NCBI GenBank assembly: GCA_027082825.1
Contig: JALWTO010000040.1
Span: 77,863-141,862, forward strand
DNA: 64,000 bases
Origin: Acidilobaceae archaeon
GTDB taxonomy: Archaea > Thermoproteota > Thermoprotei_A > Sulfolobales > Acidilobaceae
Direction: 5' to 3'
Shown here: in pieces, positions 63,087-64,000 of the stretch
Numbering within the stretch: the stretch's first letter is position 1
How the letters are laid out: every line of letters starts with the position of its first letter
The notes under the pieces: generated by a model
The model's database searches: none
What the model saw: the letters and a program-made list of their open reading frames with translations, nothing else
What the model was told of the DNA's origin: nothing
Program-made: the position numbers and the translations under genes

Positions 63087-64000
63087 TTGGCAGAGAGCTA
63101 TGAGATCGACAAAGATATGCTTTCGAGAGTTGAGGATGTAATAGAGGAAGTAATTCTTCCTAAGTCTTCTGAAAACCCAGAGATTATAAAAAATGTCTGT
63201 CTTGGAGTGCAAACTCTTTCCAGAAGCCAAGCTGCAAATCCTTTAATAAATAGAACAAACGGAATTGTTGAATATAATCTTATTGACAAATATATTAATG
63301 CAGATGATGTCTTAAAAGCTTTTTCTTTGCTTGAAGACCTGGGTATGGTTAAGAGAACTCCGGCGAGTGCAGTACTTAAATGCCCTAAATGCCATTCCAC
63401 AAGACTTAGACCTTATTTTGTCTGCAGGTTCTGTGGGAGTCCATTGGTAATAAAAACAAGGCTAATACAGCACATAGTATGTGGGTACACTGGCGAAGAA
63501 GAAGAATTTGTTAAGGGCAAAAGGCTTATATGCCCTAAATGTGGTCTTGAGCTTAAACAAGAAGGTACTGATTACATAGTCATAGCCGAGATATTCAAAT
63601 GCCTTAACTGTGGAGCTAGACAAAGAAACCCTGAAATTCAAATTGAATGTCTTGAATGCGGTCATAATTTCAAACCACTTGAGGGCAAATACGAACTACT
63701 TTACAAATTCGAACCAACAGAAGTAGGACTTCGCCTTTGGAAAAGTGGTCTTTGGGAGCTTGCGTTTTTCAGGCTCGTGGCAAGAGACCTTGGATACAGA
63801 GTTAGGGTGAACTCAAAACCTCCCATACCAGGTGCTGAGGGTTACTCATATAACCTTGAGATAAGAGTTAGAGCTGGACTGAGAAGACTCTACAGAATAT
63901 ATGTTGACTCGGAATCTTTTTTCCATGAGACATTTGGTGAAAGGTCTACAGCCATTGCTAGATTAAAAAGCAATATAATGAGAGAGGGCAGAGAGGTTTA
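63087..64000 (+). CDS. multi-zinc-ribbon protein (partial; continues beyond the window)
   Basis: Absent from the ORF track because it is open-ended. Open frame from 63042 to the window end. TTG 63087 (SD-supported) or ATG 63117. Contains CPKCHSTRLRPYFVCRFCG, C...CPKCG and CLNCGARQRNPEIQIECLECG (at least two full CxxC-x(10-11)-CxxC ribbons) between an N-terminal helical region and a C-terminal alpha/beta region. Confidence 0.6.
   Translation, partial: MAESYEIDKDMLSRVEDVIEEVILPKSSENPEIIKNVCLGVQTLSRSQAANPLINRTNGIVEYNLIDKYINADDVLKAFSLLEDLGMVKRTPASAVLKCPKCHSTRLRPYFVCRFCGSPLVIKTRLIQHIVCGYTGEEEEFVKGKRLICPKCGLELKQEGTDYIVIAEIFKCLNCGARQRNPEIQIECLECGHNFKPLEGKYELLYKFEPTEVGLRLWKSGLWELAFFRLVARDLGYRVRVNSKPPIPGAEGYSYNLEIRVRAGLRRLYRIYVDSESFFHETFGERSTAIARLKSNIMREGREV

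Noticed and set aside
1-64000. CRISPR array or further cas genes to go with the Cas4-like gene.
   Set aside because: I saw no regularly spaced direct repeats in any intergenic region. No Cas1, Cas2 or effector-like ORF is present. Hence the Cas4-like gene is treated as stand-alone.
1-64000. Mobile elements: transposase, integrase, or terminal inverted repeats around the Cas4-MoxR-VWA unit or the AT-rich surface-protein gene.
   Set aside because: No transposase- or integrase-like ORF was recognised, and no flanking direct or inverted repeats. Insertion or HGT remains unsupported speculation.

Overview
Dense, AT-rich archaeal chromosomal segment (GC judged by eye at roughly 35-40%, not computed). 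Gene content points to Archaea: r-proteins L19e/L32e/S4e/S3Ae, RNase P Rpp29, aIF1A-Rio1-Dim2, Hjc, PriL, Taw3, and the archaeal pantoate kinase/phosphopantothenate synthetase route to CoA. Frequent TTG/GTG starts and GGAGG-type SD sites fit a crenarchaeal/TACK-type hyperthermophile, but that is an inference. I support about 75 protein genes and recognised no rRNA, canonical tRNA, CRISPR array, transposase or integrase. Main blocks: (i) 0.4-9 kb housekeeping genes (PIMT, ClC channel, orphan gcvPB, ABC exporter); (ii) 9.7-13.4 kb co-directional CoA/NAD cofactor cluster; (iii) 17.4-27.0 kb ribosomal-protein operon S19 to L15, where I added the small S14 gene missing from the ORF track; (iv) 27.3-30.9 kb self-contained operon of a stand-alone Cas4-like nuclease, a MoxR-type AAA+ ATPase and a CoxE-like VWA protein, which is my best candidate for an undescribed system; (v) ileS, tRNA-modification genes (TtuA-like, Taw3, Trm5/Taw2, ThiI), PriL, Hjc, stomatin/NfeD, speH, aIF1A-Rio1-KH, cysS, aglH. 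Other items worth a second look: an Ogt/MGMT-domain ORF (60824-61168) with a perfect SD but no canonical start codon; a ~100-nt GC-rich cloverleaf-like island in a 570-bp non-coding gap (5239-5340); an uncharacterised three-gene operon with a glycosylase-fold, Cys-rich protein (44.6-47.2 kb); a G-tract-dense divergent promoter upstream of speH; an exact 13-bp direct repeat bracketing a divergent promoter (9003/9067); a SlaB-like surface glycoprotein; and a partial multi-zinc-ribbon protein at the right edge. All functional calls rest on motif-level reading of the translations. No database search was run.
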